A stretch of DNA of 64,000 nucleotides. Source: Syntrophales bacterium. GTDB lineage: Bacteria > Desulfobacterota > Syntrophia > Syntrophales > UBA2210. The notes under the pieces were generated by a model. It was not told where the DNA came from and did no database searches. It was given only the letters and a program-made list of their open reading frames with translations. Below are positions 41,597 through 51,334 of this stretch, piece after piece (position 1 is the first letter of the stretch; the number at the start of each line of letters is the position of its first letter). The DNA is taken from contig DAISYQ010000001.1 of NCBI GenBank assembly GCA_036825195.1, positions 179,629-243,628 on the forward strand, in the 5' to 3' direction. The position numbers and the translations under genes were made by a program.

Positions 41597-41662
41597 GTAC
41601 AGATCCGATCAAACGGATCCACCGGTTCCGGTATAGAATATCTTTTTTAGAAGGAGAAGGTT

Positions 41663-42811
41663 ATGAATTTAGCACTTACAGAAGAACAACAGATGGTAAA
41701 GGACATGGTTGCACGGTTTGTCAATGAAGAGATCAAACCGAAAGCGGAAGAATTTGATCGTACTCACAAACATCCCAACGAAGTAATCCGACAGCTCGGA
41801 GAGATGGGTCTTATGGGCGTATCGGTTCCGACGGAATACGGCGGAGCGGGTATGGACAACGTGACATATGCCATTGCCCTTATGGAAATTTCGAGAGGCT
41901 GCGCGAGCTGCGGAGTTATAACATCGGTAAATAATTCTCTCTATGGACATCCCGTCAAGACATTCGGTACCGATGAACAGAAGAAAAAATTCCTGGCACC
42001 GGTTGCCGGTGGAGAAGTCGAAGGATGCTACGCCCTGACGGAAGCGGATGCGGGTTGTGATGCTGCTTCTCTTCGATGTAAAGCGGAACTGAAGGGAGAT
42101 AAATACATCGTCAACGGTGTCAAGAAGTTTATCACCAACGGTAACGTGGCACGGTACTGTGTCCTGGCGGCAACCGAAGATGTATCAAAGGGCTACAAGG
42201 GTATTTTGAATCTGATCGTAGACCTCGAAAATACCCCGGGCTTTTCCGTCGGTACCATTGAGGACAAGATGGGCATACTCGCCTCCGGAACGGCGGAGCT
42301 GGTTTTTGAAGACGCGGAAGTGCCCGTCGAGAATCTCCTCGGTAAACCGGGAGAGGGATTTCACCAGATGATGGAAGGTCTCAACGCCGGCAGGATAGGC
42401 ATCGGATGCCAGGCATGCGGCATCGGCAGGGCAGTCCTTGAGGATTCACTGGAATATGCAAAGGAACGGGTGCAGTTCGGTAAACCCATCACCTCATTCC
42501 AGGCGATTCAGTGGAAACTGGCTGATATGGCCACCGAGCTGGACGCAGCGGAGATGCTGCTTCTCAAAGCCGCTTGGCTGGAAGATAACGGGTATAACTT
42601 TGAAAAGGAATCGGCAATGGCAAAGATGTACGCCTCCGACGTGGCCATGAGAGCCGCCGTAGAGGGCGTTCAGATATTCGGAGGCTATGGATACTGTAAA
42701 GATTATCCTGCCGAACGACATATGCGCGACGCAAAGATATGCCAGATATACGAAGGAACCAATGAAGTCCAGAGAATGGTCATTGCCCGGAAACTGTTAG
42801 GGGCAAGATAG
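41663..42811 (+). CDS. bcd: Short-chain (butyryl-CoA) acyl-CoA dehydrogenase
   Basis: MNLALTEEQQMVKDMVARF..., ALTEADAGCDA, and QIFGGYGYCKDYPAERHMRDAKICQIYEGTNEVQR. 382 aa. SD AGAAGGAGAAGG. Confidence 0.92.
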   Translation: MNLALTEEQQMVKDMVARFVNEEIKPKAEEFDRTHKHPNEVIRQLGEMGLMGVSVPTEYGGAGMDNVTYAIALMEISRGCASCGVITSVNNSLYGHPVKTFGTDEQKKKFLAPVAGGEVEGCYALTEADAGCDAASLRCKAELKGDKYIVNGVKKFITNGNVARYCVLAATEDVSKGYKGILNLIVDLENTPGFSVGTIEDKMGILASGTAELVFEDAEVPVENLLGKPGEGFHQMMEGLNAGRIGIGCQACGIGRAVLEDSLEYAKERVQFGKPITSFQAIQWKLADMATELDAAEMLLLKAAWLEDNGYNFEKESAMAKMYASDVAMRAAVEGVQIFGGYGYCKDYPAERHMRDAKICQIYEGTNEVQRMVIARKLLGAR

Positions 42812-42825
42812 TATGTACCTGATTG

Positions 42826-42870
42826 AGGATTGAGAGGCTGATGAATTGAGCCTCTCAATCCTTTAATTTC
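42826..42870 (+). terminator. Rho-independent terminator after bcd
   Basis: AGGATTGAGAGGCT-9 nt-AGCCTCTCAATCCT is a perfect 14-bp stem followed by TTAATTTCT. Confidence 0.75.
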
Positions 42871-42908
42871 TGTGAGTTCCCCAACCGATCATTATCTAAC
42901 AAGGTACC

Positions 42909-44603
42909 ATGAACCTTACACTCACCAGACTACCCCATTATGAAGGGGTACAGGGGCCTCTGCTCCTGATTATCTTGGATGGTATGGGCCTGTATCGCGG
43001 GAGAGATAGGGGATACCCCGGCAATGCCATTGAACTTGCTGCCCCGCCACACCTGTGTCGCCTCTTGAAAAATGAAAAGATATCGACCCGTCTCAAGGCA
43101 CATGGAACGGCGGTCGGGATGCCTTCCGACACAGACCAGGGAAACAGCGAAGTAGGGCATAACGCCATGGGAGCGGGCCGAGTATTCGCCCAAGGGGCAA
43201 AACTGGTTGATGATGCCATTGAAAGCGGCAGCCTCTTTGAAGGAAAGACATGGAAGAGGATTATTGCCAATTCACTGGCAGCAAAGACACCTATCCACTT
43301 CATAGGTCTCATATCGGATGGAAACGTCCATAGTAACATATCCCAGCTCATCTCTCTCATAGGGCAATGCGACCGGGAAGGGATCGAGGAGGTATATGTC
43401 CATGGCCTCTTGGATGGACGGGATGTCCCCCCCATCAGCGCCCTTCGTTATTTTGGTGAACTGGAAGACTACCTGTGGTCACTGTGCTCCCGTGCCAAGA
43501 AAATGGGCAAAAAACGCCTCTATTGTGTGGCATCGGGAGGGGGTAGAATGGTGACTACCATGGACCGTTATGAGGCGGACTGGTCCATCGTTGAAAGAGG
43601 ATATCATGCCCATGTTCTGGGTATGGGACCGAAATTTCCCAATTGTTTTACAGCCATCAGATCTCTACGTGACAAAGAAGGTGCTGACGACCAATACCTT
43701 TCTCACTGGGTCATTCACAAACCCGGCAGCGCGGATACACCCCTTGCACAGATCAGAGATGGTCATGGTGTGGTTTTGTTCAACTTCCGGGGAGACCGGG
43801 CGCTCGAGATCAGCCGCGCCTTTGTTGAAGATGACTTTACAGGGTTCAAACGTATATACCGGCCCGAGGTCATATACGCAGGGATCCTCGAGTATGATGC
43901 GGACACGCGGATGCCGCCTGAATACCTCGTCGCCCCCCCTGCCATTGACCGTACTCTGTCTGAATATCTGTCGAAAAACGGCGTTTCGCAATACGCCATA
44001 AGCGAGACCCAGAAGTTCGGCCATGTCACCTATTTCTGGAACGGAAACAATTCCGCCAAATTTAACGAGAAGCTTGAGGAGTGGGTGAACATCGAATCCG
44101 ACCGCGTGCCCTTTGATCAGGCGCCGGAGATGAAGGCAGAGGCCATCGCATCTGAGACAATATCGGCTCTGCAATCCGGTAGATACAAATTTCTCCGTTT
44201 GAATTTTCCAAACGGGGATATGGTGGCACATACAGGATCGATGTCGGCGGCGGTGAAGGCGGTCAATGCCGTTGACCGGGCCTTAGGCAGGCTGATCGAA
44301 GCGGTGGACAGGCTCGGTGGCACGGTTGTAATAACCGCCGATCACGGAAACTGCGAGCAGATGATAGCCGTGGACGAAAAGACGGGAAGGGCGATCATGG
44401 GACCGGGCGGGGAGTACAAACCGCAAACGAGTCACACACTCAATCCGGTACCGTTCATTGTCCATGGACCCGATACCGACCGTTACGAACTTTCCAGTAT
44501 TCTAGATCCGGGCCTCGGTAATATAGCCGCCACTATCCTGTTGCTCCTCGGATACGAAAAACCGGACGATTACCTCGAATCTATCATAACATTGAAAGAT
44601 TGA
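42909..44603 (+). CDS. gpmI: 2,3-Bisphosphoglycerate-independent phosphoglycerate mutase
   Basis: LLIILDGMG, GNSEVGHNAMGAGR, and ITADHGNCE metalloenzyme motifs. 564 aa. Confidence 0.88.
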   Translation: MNLTLTRLPHYEGVQGPLLLIILDGMGLYRGRDRGYPGNAIELAAPPHLCRLLKNEKISTRLKAHGTAVGMPSDTDQGNSEVGHNAMGAGRVFAQGAKLVDDAIESGSLFEGKTWKRIIANSLAAKTPIHFIGLISDGNVHSNISQLISLIGQCDREGIEEVYVHGLLDGRDVPPISALRYFGELEDYLWSLCSRAKKMGKKRLYCVASGGGRMVTTMDRYEADWSIVERGYHAHVLGMGPKFPNCFTAIRSLRDKEGADDQYLSHWVIHKPGSADTPLAQIRDGHGVVLFNFRGDRALEISRAFVEDDFTGFKRIYRPEVIYAGILEYDADTRMPPEYLVAPPAIDRTLSEYLSKNGVSQYAISETQKFGHVTYFWNGNNSAKFNEKLEEWVNIESDRVPFDQAPEMKAEAIASETISALQSGRYKFLRLNFPNGDMVAHTGSMSAAVKAVNAVDRALGRLIEAVDRLGGTVVITADHGNCEQMIAVDEKTGRAIMGPGGEYKPQTSHTLNPVPFIVHGPDTDRYELSSILDPGLGNIAATILLLLGYEKPDDYLESIITLKD

Positions 44604-44697
44604 AAGGTGGGGAGAGGAACGATCCTTCTCTCTTCATTACACCGCGTACCAGAAGGTTTCTGAACCAGCCATACTGGAACCTTACATCCCGGATTTC

Positions 44698-45168
44698 TTA
44701 GTATATCCCAGCCTCGATACCGCCGGCAATCGTCTGTCCCAGTTCCCTGCACTGAGCAAGGATCTCGCCGGTAACTCCTCCCGTCGAATTCCGCGCAATA
44801 ACGGGATTGTATACCTTCTTGAACTGATACCCGAGGGCGATGCGTTCTATGCTGTTCAGGGCCCCCGTTCCGTCGTTTCCCGCACTGATAAATACAACAA
44901 AGGGTTTTCTGAAAACCTTGCCTTCCACCGGATAAAAGGTGCGGTCAAAAAAATCCTTGAGGGCACCCGACATGTAGCCGAAGTTTTCCGGGGTTCCGAT
45001 CGCAATCCCGTCGCAGTCGAGAAGATCTTCAAGAGATGTGTCGAGCGCCTTTTTCAGAATCACCTCCGTGTTTTCGATACTCGACACCCCCTGAGCGACC
45101 GCTTCGGCCATCTTTTCGGTGTTCCCTGTCTGTGAATGATACACTACCAAAATCTTGATCATCATCAC
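44698..45168 (-). CDS. Flavodoxin-fold FMN protein (NAD(P)H-dependent oxidoreductase-like)
   Basis: IKILVVYHSQTGNTEKMAEAV and GIAIGTPENFGYMSGALKDFFD. 156 aa. The start overlaps the upstream hydrolase stop. Confidence 0.8.
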   Translation of the reverse strand: MMMIKILVVYHSQTGNTEKMAEAVAQGVSSIENTEVILKKALDTSLEDLLDCDGIAIGTPENFGYMSGALKDFFDRTFYPVEGKVFRKPFVVFISAGNDGTGALNSIERIALGYQFKKVYNPVIARNSTGGVTGEILAQCRELGQTIAGGIEAGIY

Positions 45169-45938
45169 TCCAGTGAATCGACAAATTCACGCAAGGCTCC
45201 ATTACAGGCAGCCGGTTCCTCCATCATGACAAAGTGACCCGCGTCCTTTATCAGCACCATCCGAGCCCCTGGGATATGTTCCTCCAGGTACCGGGAATAT
45301 TTGGGAGGCATCATCTTATCGTCTTCTCCGCAGATAAGAAGGGTTGGTGGTGTAATTCCTCCCAGTCGTTCCGATATATCAAACCGGCTGCAGGCGAGAA
45401 AATTACCGTATGCGACCTCTTTGTTCACCCGTTCAAAATTCCCGATCAGAACGTCCTTTAACCGTTCGCGGTGTTTCTTCGAAACGGCAAAAACGGGGAT
45501 GGAATTGATGATCATCGAAGGGTCGGTGCGCAAGCCGTCCAAAACCAGCGGATTTACCGGCATGGTTGCTCCACCTCCGATCGCAACGATCCCGGATACT
45601 ATGGTACCGTATTGTATCGCCGATTCGAGAGCTATCGCGGCTCCGAGTGAGTGACCTACCAGAACCGGTCTGTAAAGGCCGAGCTTCTCTATCACCTTTT
45701 TGATCCACCGGGCATATTCGGAAACCTCTTGCTCACCGTGCCCGCCTGATTCACCGCTCCCGGGGAGATCCACCGCGATCGTCGTATACTGATCATCCAG
45801 TACGCCGTACTGTTCCTGCCAATTGGTATGGTTTCCCGCGGCACCATGGATGAAAAGCAGCGTTTTTCTCTTGTCTTCCATGCCTCTCTCGTTCATCCGA
45901 AAGGCAATCCGTACGCCATCGATATCCAGCCTATTCAT
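45165..45938 (-). CDS. Alpha/beta-fold hydrolase
   Basis: Oxyanion HGAAGN, nucleophile elbow VGHSLGAAIA, and C-terminal DAGHFVMME. 257 aa. Confidence 0.85.
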   Translation of the reverse strand: MNRLDIDGVRIAFRMNERGMEDKRKTLLFIHGAAGNHTNWQEQYGVLDDQYTTIAVDLPGSGESGGHGEQEVSEYARWIKKVIEKLGLYRPVLVGHSLGAAIALESAIQYGTIVSGIVAIGGGATMPVNPLVLDGLRTDPSMIINSIPVFAVSKKHRERLKDVLIGNFERVNKEVAYGNFLACSRFDISERLGGITPPTLLICGEDDKMMPPKYSRYLEEHIPGARMVLIKDAGHFVMMEEPAACNGALREFVDSLE

Positions 45939-45969
45939 ACCAAACCCTCACTTTTACTCTATACGCTAC

Positions 45970-45993
45970 GGGCGGGGAGATCCCTCCCCGCCC
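45970..45993. repeat. GC-rich perfect inverted repeat between the fadD-like and hydrolase genes
   Basis: GGGCGGGGAG-atcc-CTCCCCGCCC is a 10-bp stem. There is no adjacent T-run on either strand. Confidence 0.6.
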
Positions 45994-46020
45994 GCATGGT
46001 ACCATACATAGGGTTCTTCC

Positions 46021-47718
46021 TTACCGTTTCCTTTTTTCCAGTTCCTCTTTTCTCAAATCCTTCCGGAGGATTTTACCGATATTGGTTTTGGGAAGCTCCT
46101 TTCGGAATTCCACCTCTGTTGGAAGCTTATAGGTTGCCAGCCTTCCCTTGCAAAATTCTATCATCTCTTCCTCTGTTGCGGTTTCTCCTTCCTTCAGCAC
46201 CACAAAGACCTTGACATTTTCCCCCCGTTTCGGATCGGGTACCCCTATGGCGCAGGCCTCCTGAACCTTCGGATTCTCATAGAAGACTTCGTCGATGTCG
46301 CGGGGATAGACATTGTATCCCCCCGATATGATCATATCCTTCTTGCGGTCAACGATGTAGAAATATCCGTCATCATCCATCGTCGCAATGTCTCCCGTAT
46401 AAACCCAACCGTCTCTCAGGGTATTCGCTGTCTCATTAGGCATACCCTTGTAGCCCTTCATGGTCTGCGGTCCCTTGATGATCAGTTCTCCCGCTTCACC
46501 GACCGGCATGTCTGTCTCTCCGTCATCCAGATCAACGATCCTGGCAAGCGTATCTGAGATGGGCACACCGATGCTGCCGACCTTACGCTCTCCTCCAGCA
46601 AAGGGATTTACATGGGTAACGGGCGTTGTCTCCGTCATGCCGAATCCTTCAATAATGATCGACCCCGTAACCTTCTCAAAATCATGGATAACCTCGACCG
46701 GAAGAGGAGCACTCCCGGAGAAACAACCCTTAATGCAGCTCATATCGGTTTTCTTGATGTTTGGGTGATTTAACATCCCGATATACATGGTTGGCACCAA
46801 TGGCGCAAAGGTCGGTTTAAATTTTCCGATCGTTTCAAGGAGTGGTTCGGACTGAGGTTTCGGTACCAGGATATCGGTCCACCCCATACAAACAGAAAGA
46901 TTCATGGCCGTGGACAGACCGAAGACATGGAAAAAGGGGAGTGCCCCCAGCATCCTTTCCTTACCGCGTTTGAATGTCGGAATCCACGCGGCTATCTGCT
47001 GCACCTGTTTACTCAGGTTTGCGTGGGTGAGCATGACACCCTTTGAAACGCCTGTCGTTCCACCAGTATACTGGTACATGGCTACGTCTTCAAAATCAAT
47101 CGTTACCGAAGTCGGCTCAGGCCCATATTGTGCGATACACTCCTTCCATTTATAAACGTCTTGTGCGGGCTTGACATCCGCTGCCAGCTTCTGTTTCTTT
47201 GCCACAAGGGGAAACAGGATGTTCTTGGGAAAGGGAAGGTAATCACCAATAGAGGTATAGACAATCTGTTTAATCTGCGTCTTCGGCCGAAGGTCGATCA
47301 TCCGATTGCCAAGAAGATCAAGCGTTATGAGCACCTTTGTACCGGAATCGGTAAATTGATGTTCAAGTTCCACATCCGAATAGAGGGGATTATTCATGAC
47401 CGCTATGCCCCCAACTTGCAGGATGGCGTAATAGGCAGCGACACAGGGGATCAGGTTGGGGAGGAGTATTCCAACGGCATCCCCCTTGGTAACACCGAAG
47501 GCGGTAAGGCAGGTAGCAAAACGATCAACCATCTCCTTGAGGCCTGCATAGGTTACCTTGTATCCTTGAAATATCAGTGCATCCAATCCGGGAAAATCGC
47601 GGGCTGCCCGGTCAAGGAAATCCGGTATGCATACATCTTCATAATCAACAAATTCCGGGACACCTTTTTCATACGATGTAAGCCAAGGTTTGTCCTCATA
47701 TCTGATTGCATGTGCCAT
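46021..47718 (-). CDS. fadD: Long-chain-fatty-acid--CoA ligase
   Basis: YQYTGGTTGVSKGVMLTH, GFGMTE, TGDIATMDDDGYFYIVDRKKD, and the FadD-type start AIRYEDKPWLTSYEKGVP. SD AAGGAGGG precedes ATG 47718. Confidence 0.88.
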   Translation of the reverse strand: MAHAIRYEDKPWLTSYEKGVPEFVDYEDVCIPDFLDRAARDFPGLDALIFQGYKVTYAGLKEMVDRFATCLTAFGVTKGDAVGILLPNLIPCVAAYYAILQVGGIAVMNNPLYSDVELEHQFTDSGTKVLITLDLLGNRMIDLRPKTQIKQIVYTSIGDYLPFPKNILFPLVAKKQKLAADVKPAQDVYKWKECIAQYGPEPTSVTIDFEDVAMYQYTGGTTGVSKGVMLTHANLSKQVQQIAAWIPTFKRGKERMLGALPFFHVFGLSTAMNLSVCMGWTDILVPKPQSEPLLETIGKFKPTFAPLVPTMYIGMLNHPNIKKTDMSCIKGCFSGSAPLPVEVIHDFEKVTGSIIIEGFGMTETTPVTHVNPFAGGERKVGSIGVPISDTLARIVDLDDGETDMPVGEAGELIIKGPQTMKGYKGMPNETANTLRDGWVYTGDIATMDDDGYFYIVDRKKDMIISGGYNVYPRDIDEVFYENPKVQEACAIGVPDPKRGENVKVFVVLKEGETATEEEMIEFCKGRLATYKLPTEVEFRKELPKTNIGKILRKDLRKEELEKRKR

Positions 47719-47982
47719 AAGTTTCCGCCCTCCTTTGGTTAGAGTAAAAATATAAAAACATACTTCCGTTATGTCAGTACGCAACAGGTCGCACAACCTG
47801 TTACCTACTCTGTCCCCCCCTTGTGATTCCTATCTATGCCCTTAATATACTTTTCCGGAAATTGCCATAAAAACCTTTTGGTCGCACCCCAGTGTCTGCA
47901 CGGGATCGGACAGAACCATCCTTCCGGACGACACCGTATCGTCCTCCCTACCCAGCGGTCACAACCATTGCAACGTCCCATG

Positions 47983-48019
47983 AAAAAGGGCCCGCGATTT
48001 CAAGATCGGGGCCCTTTTC
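47983..48019 (-). terminator. Rho-independent terminator after the Fe-S oxidoreductase gene
   Basis: AAAAGGGCCC...GGGCCCTTTT inverted repeat 23 nt past the stop at 48042. On the minus strand the GC stem is followed by TTTTT. Confidence 0.7.
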
Positions 48020-48041
48020 ACATAATGGTAACAAGTATTGT

Positions 48042-50192
48042 TTATACCGCCTCTGCAGGGGCACCCTCTTCCGGGGTCATAGCCTCTTCGACGGGTTCAC
48101 CGCTATCCATGGCTTGCCAGACTATTTCTGCGATATCAAGGGCCTTCATCTTTTCTTCCATCGCTCGGTCCTTGATGCCGTCCGACATCATTGTCAGACA
48201 GAAGGGACAGCCGACCGCTATGGTATCCGCCTTGATTTCAATGGCCTGATCCGCTCTCATATCGTTGATTCGATCTCCGATATCCTCTTCCATCCACATC
48301 CGTCCGCCGCCGGCTCCACAACAGAAGCTCTTGGCGTGATTCCTCTTCATCTCGGCCAGATTCATGCCGGGAACGGCTGCGAGTATATTCCGCGGCTGTT
48401 CGTAGATATCATTGTATCTACCGAGGAAACAGGAATCGTGGTAGGTAAAGAGACCGCTGACCGATTTCTTCAACTTGATCTTACCTTTAGCTATCAGATC
48501 GGCGATAATCTCCGTGTGATGATAGACCTCAAAATTACCGCCGAAATGGGGATAATCCTTCTTGAGGGTATTGTATCCATGGGGACAGGTACAGATAATC
48601 TTCTTTACGCCATATCCGTTCATCACGTCTATGTTCATCTGTGCCAAAGTCTGCGAGAGGTACTCATTACCACCCCTCATGGCGGAATCACCGCAGCATC
48701 CCTCTTCCTCACCCAGGATGCCGAAACTGACACCGGCCTCTTTCAGAATTTTTGCAAAGGCGACTGAAACTTTTTTACCCCGGTCATCAAATGACCCGGA
48801 ACATCCCACATAAAAGAGGTACTCCACACTCGGATCTTCGGCAAGGGTCTTGATGCCCAGCTCTTTGGCCCAATCGCCTCTCATGTGAGCCCCTATCCCC
48901 CAGGGATTGGAATTGTTCTCCATATTGCGGTAGGTCAACTGCAATTCGGGAGAAAAATCGGCCTCCATCAGTACCTTGTACTGTCTCATACCGGTAATCA
49001 TCGGAACGTGTTCATTATATATCGGACATATCTCCATACAGTACATACAGTTTGTACATGCCCACAGTTCGTGAAGATCGATAACGTCGCCCACCATTAT
49101 CTTCTCCGGCTCCGGTATAACCGGCTCTTCACCCTCCTGAGCAGCCTTTTTCGCCGCCATTACAACAGGCGCCCGCTCAAGCCAGTATTCCTTGATGTCC
49201 TGATGGAGTTTCTTCGGCGACAGGGGTTTGCCCGACAGGTATGCGGGGCAACCGTCCTGACATCGTCCGCATTTTAAACACGCATCGGAATTGAAGATCT
49301 GCTTCCAGGTGAAATCCTCAAGCTGCCCCACGCCGAAGGACTCGGCCGTCTCAAAATCCGCAATGGGTTCGAGATACCCCGCCGGTTTGAGTGATTTCAT
49401 ATATTGATTGGCAGGGGCGAGGACGATATGTATCAGTTTCGAGAAGGGCAGGTATGCGATAAAACCAAAGGCGATAAAGGCGTGCAACCACCACGTCACT
49501 TTATGGAGGACCTTGACGGTGTCGTAACTGATGCCGGTCAGGGTCTTCGAAAAGGCGTATCCCACAAACGACCATCCACCCCAGGTGTACCCGTCCACAT
49601 TGACATTCACATACAACCGGAACCCTTCGAGGAGAAATCCCGTTACGATAATCCCGCCTATGAGAAGGAGAATAATGGCATCGTCTGCAACCGCATCCGC
49701 CTTCCCTCGGTAGCCGAGTCGGTCAGGTTTCTGGATATATTTTCTCCAGACCGCCAGGACAATACCAACGAGGACGGCCAGACCGAACACCTCCATGATG
49801 AACGAAAACCACAGATAAAACGTACCATTAAAGAAGGGGACGAGGAAGGGAAGATGGAAGTGGGTTGCGTCGAAAGCCGCACCGAATATCAGGACAAAGA
49901 ATCCGAAAAATATGAGGGCATGCATAATGCCGGGGAATGTTTCTTTGAATGTCCTGATCTGTAACAAACCATTGAGAAGGAGAGACTTGATTCGTTCTCC
50001 CGGTTGATCGGTTCTCTTTTCCGGCCGTCCGATCGCCTTCCACATCTGCCAGCGCAGGTAAAAACCATAGACGCATATTGCTATGGCAATAGCAGCGAAT
50101 AGGAATAGTATCAATTCGGATGGGAAAGGGGCATTCCAAAATACCTCTCTCCCCTCATTTCCAACAGAGTATACATCTCCACCGTGTGTCAT
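48042..50192 (-). CDS. Membrane-bound HdrD/GlpC-like Fe-S oxidoreductase (N-terminal multi-TM domain, 2x[4Fe-4S], 2 CCG domains); predicted ETF:menaquinone oxidoreductase
   Basis: 716 aa. About 6 N-terminal TM helices. Ferredoxin motifs CLKCGRCQDGCP and CTNCMYCMEICP. CCG-domain cysteines (EGCCGDS, FCCGAGGG). It lies directly downstream of etfBA. Confidence 0.85.
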   Translation of the reverse strand: MTHGGDVYSVGNEGREVFWNAPFPSELILFLFAAIAIAICVYGFYLRWQMWKAIGRPEKRTDQPGERIKSLLLNGLLQIRTFKETFPGIMHALIFFGFFVLIFGAAFDATHFHLPFLVPFFNGTFYLWFSFIMEVFGLAVLVGIVLAVWRKYIQKPDRLGYRGKADAVADDAIILLLIGGIIVTGFLLEGFRLYVNVNVDGYTWGGWSFVGYAFSKTLTGISYDTVKVLHKVTWWLHAFIAFGFIAYLPFSKLIHIVLAPANQYMKSLKPAGYLEPIADFETAESFGVGQLEDFTWKQIFNSDACLKCGRCQDGCPAYLSGKPLSPKKLHQDIKEYWLERAPVVMAAKKAAQEGEEPVIPEPEKIMVGDVIDLHELWACTNCMYCMEICPIYNEHVPMITGMRQYKVLMEADFSPELQLTYRNMENNSNPWGIGAHMRGDWAKELGIKTLAEDPSVEYLFYVGCSGSFDDRGKKVSVAFAKILKEAGVSFGILGEEEGCCGDSAMRGGNEYLSQTLAQMNIDVMNGYGVKKIICTCPHGYNTLKKDYPHFGGNFEVYHHTEIIADLIAKGKIKLKKSVSGLFTYHDSCFLGRYNDIYEQPRNILAAVPGMNLAEMKRNHAKSFCCGAGGGRMWMEEDIGDRINDMRADQAIEIKADTIAVGCPFCLTMMSDGIKDRAMEEKMKALDIAEIVWQAMDSGEPVEEAMTPEEGAPAEAV

Positions 50193-50291
50193 AATGCTTC
50201 AGCCTCCGTATAATTGTCCCTCTGGGGTAAGGAGTCTCAAGTTATGAATTTATGATATAAAATCGAACCCTCCCCCGTGTATAGTGTTACT

Positions 50292-50325
50292 AAAAAAAAA
50301 GGAGGTGGATATGGTATCCACCTCC
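50292..50325 (-). terminator. Strong hairpin+T9 between etfA and the Fe-S oxidoreductase gene
   Basis: GGAGGTGGATA-tgg-TATCCACCTCC is a perfect 11-bp stem. On the minus strand it is followed by nine T (plus-strand A9 at 50292-50300). It starts 11 nt past the etfA stop. Confidence 0.75.
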
Positions 50326-50335
50326 CGGTTGTGTC

Positions 50336-51310
50336 TTACAGTATCTTTTTCGCCTCAGCTGTTACTTCTGGAACCACCTTAAAGAGATCGTCTACTATGC
50401 CGTAATCGGCCTTGGCAAAAATCGGTGCCTCGGCATCTTTATTAATTGCAACGATATATTTTGAAGAACTCATACCAGCGAGATGCTGAATGGCTCCGGA
50501 AATACCACATGCAACATACAGGTTCGGAGAGACAACCTTACCGGTCTGTCCAACCTGATCGGACTGCGGTCTCCATCCTGCGTCAACAGCGGCCCTTGAT
50601 GCGCCGACTGCCGCACCGAGAAGGTCTGCCAGTTCCTCTAGTATGCCGTACCCCTCCGGGCCCTTCATTCCGCGTCCTCCAGAAACGATAATGTCTGCCT
50701 CTGTAAGATCGACCTTGCCGCTCGTATCTTTCTGGGTTTCAAGTACCTTTGTCTTAAGATCACCCGCGGCGATCCCCGCGTCAAATTTCACCACTTCACC
50801 CGCTTTGGGATTTTCCACGGCGGCGAAGACATTCGGTCTCAGAGACGCCATTTGAGGATAACTTTCCACGGCGATTTCCCCAAAACACTTTCCTGCGTAC
50901 ATCGGCCTGATGGCGAGAAGTTTGCCATCGGCTATCTTAACATCCGTGCAGTCAGAAGCCATGCCCGTAGCGAGCTTTCCAACCAGTCTCGATGAAAGGT
51001 CCTTTCCCTGAACCGATGCCGCTAAGAGCAGGATGGATGCATCGTTCTCCTTTACAACTTTGGCAACCGCCGCACTGTACGCATCCGTCGTATAATCCGC
51101 AAAAATAGCGTCATCCGCCACATATACCTTATCCACACCATATTTAGCCAGTTCCGGGGCCAGTCCTTCCACGCCGGACCCTACCAGAACCGCACTCACC
51201 TCTTCGCCCAATTCGTCCGCAAGTTTTCGTGCCGCACTGGCAATCTCGAATGAAACCTTGCGAAGGGCGCCGTCTCTCTGTTCAGCGACTATCCATACAC
51301 CTTTTGCCAT
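50336..51310 (-). CDS. etfA: Electron transfer flavoprotein alpha subunit (second copy)
   Basis: IVSGGRGMKG...AVGASRAAVDAGW...QVGQTGKVVSPNLYVACGISGAIQHLAGM...IVAINKD. 324 aa. Confidence 0.93.
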   Translation of the reverse strand: MAKGVWIVAEQRDGALRKVSFEIASAARKLADELGEEVSAVLVGSGVEGLAPELAKYGVDKVYVADDAIFADYTTDAYSAAVAKVVKENDASILLLAASVQGKDLSSRLVGKLATGMASDCTDVKIADGKLLAIRPMYAGKCFGEIAVESYPQMASLRPNVFAAVENPKAGEVVKFDAGIAAGDLKTKVLETQKDTSGKVDLTEADIIVSGGRGMKGPEGYGILEELADLLGAAVGASRAAVDAGWRPQSDQVGQTGKVVSPNLYVACGISGAIQHLAGMSSSKYIVAINKDAEAPIFAKADYGIVDDLFKVVPEVTAEAKKIL

Positions 51311-51334
51311 TTTTCTATCCTCCTCCCTTTCGCG

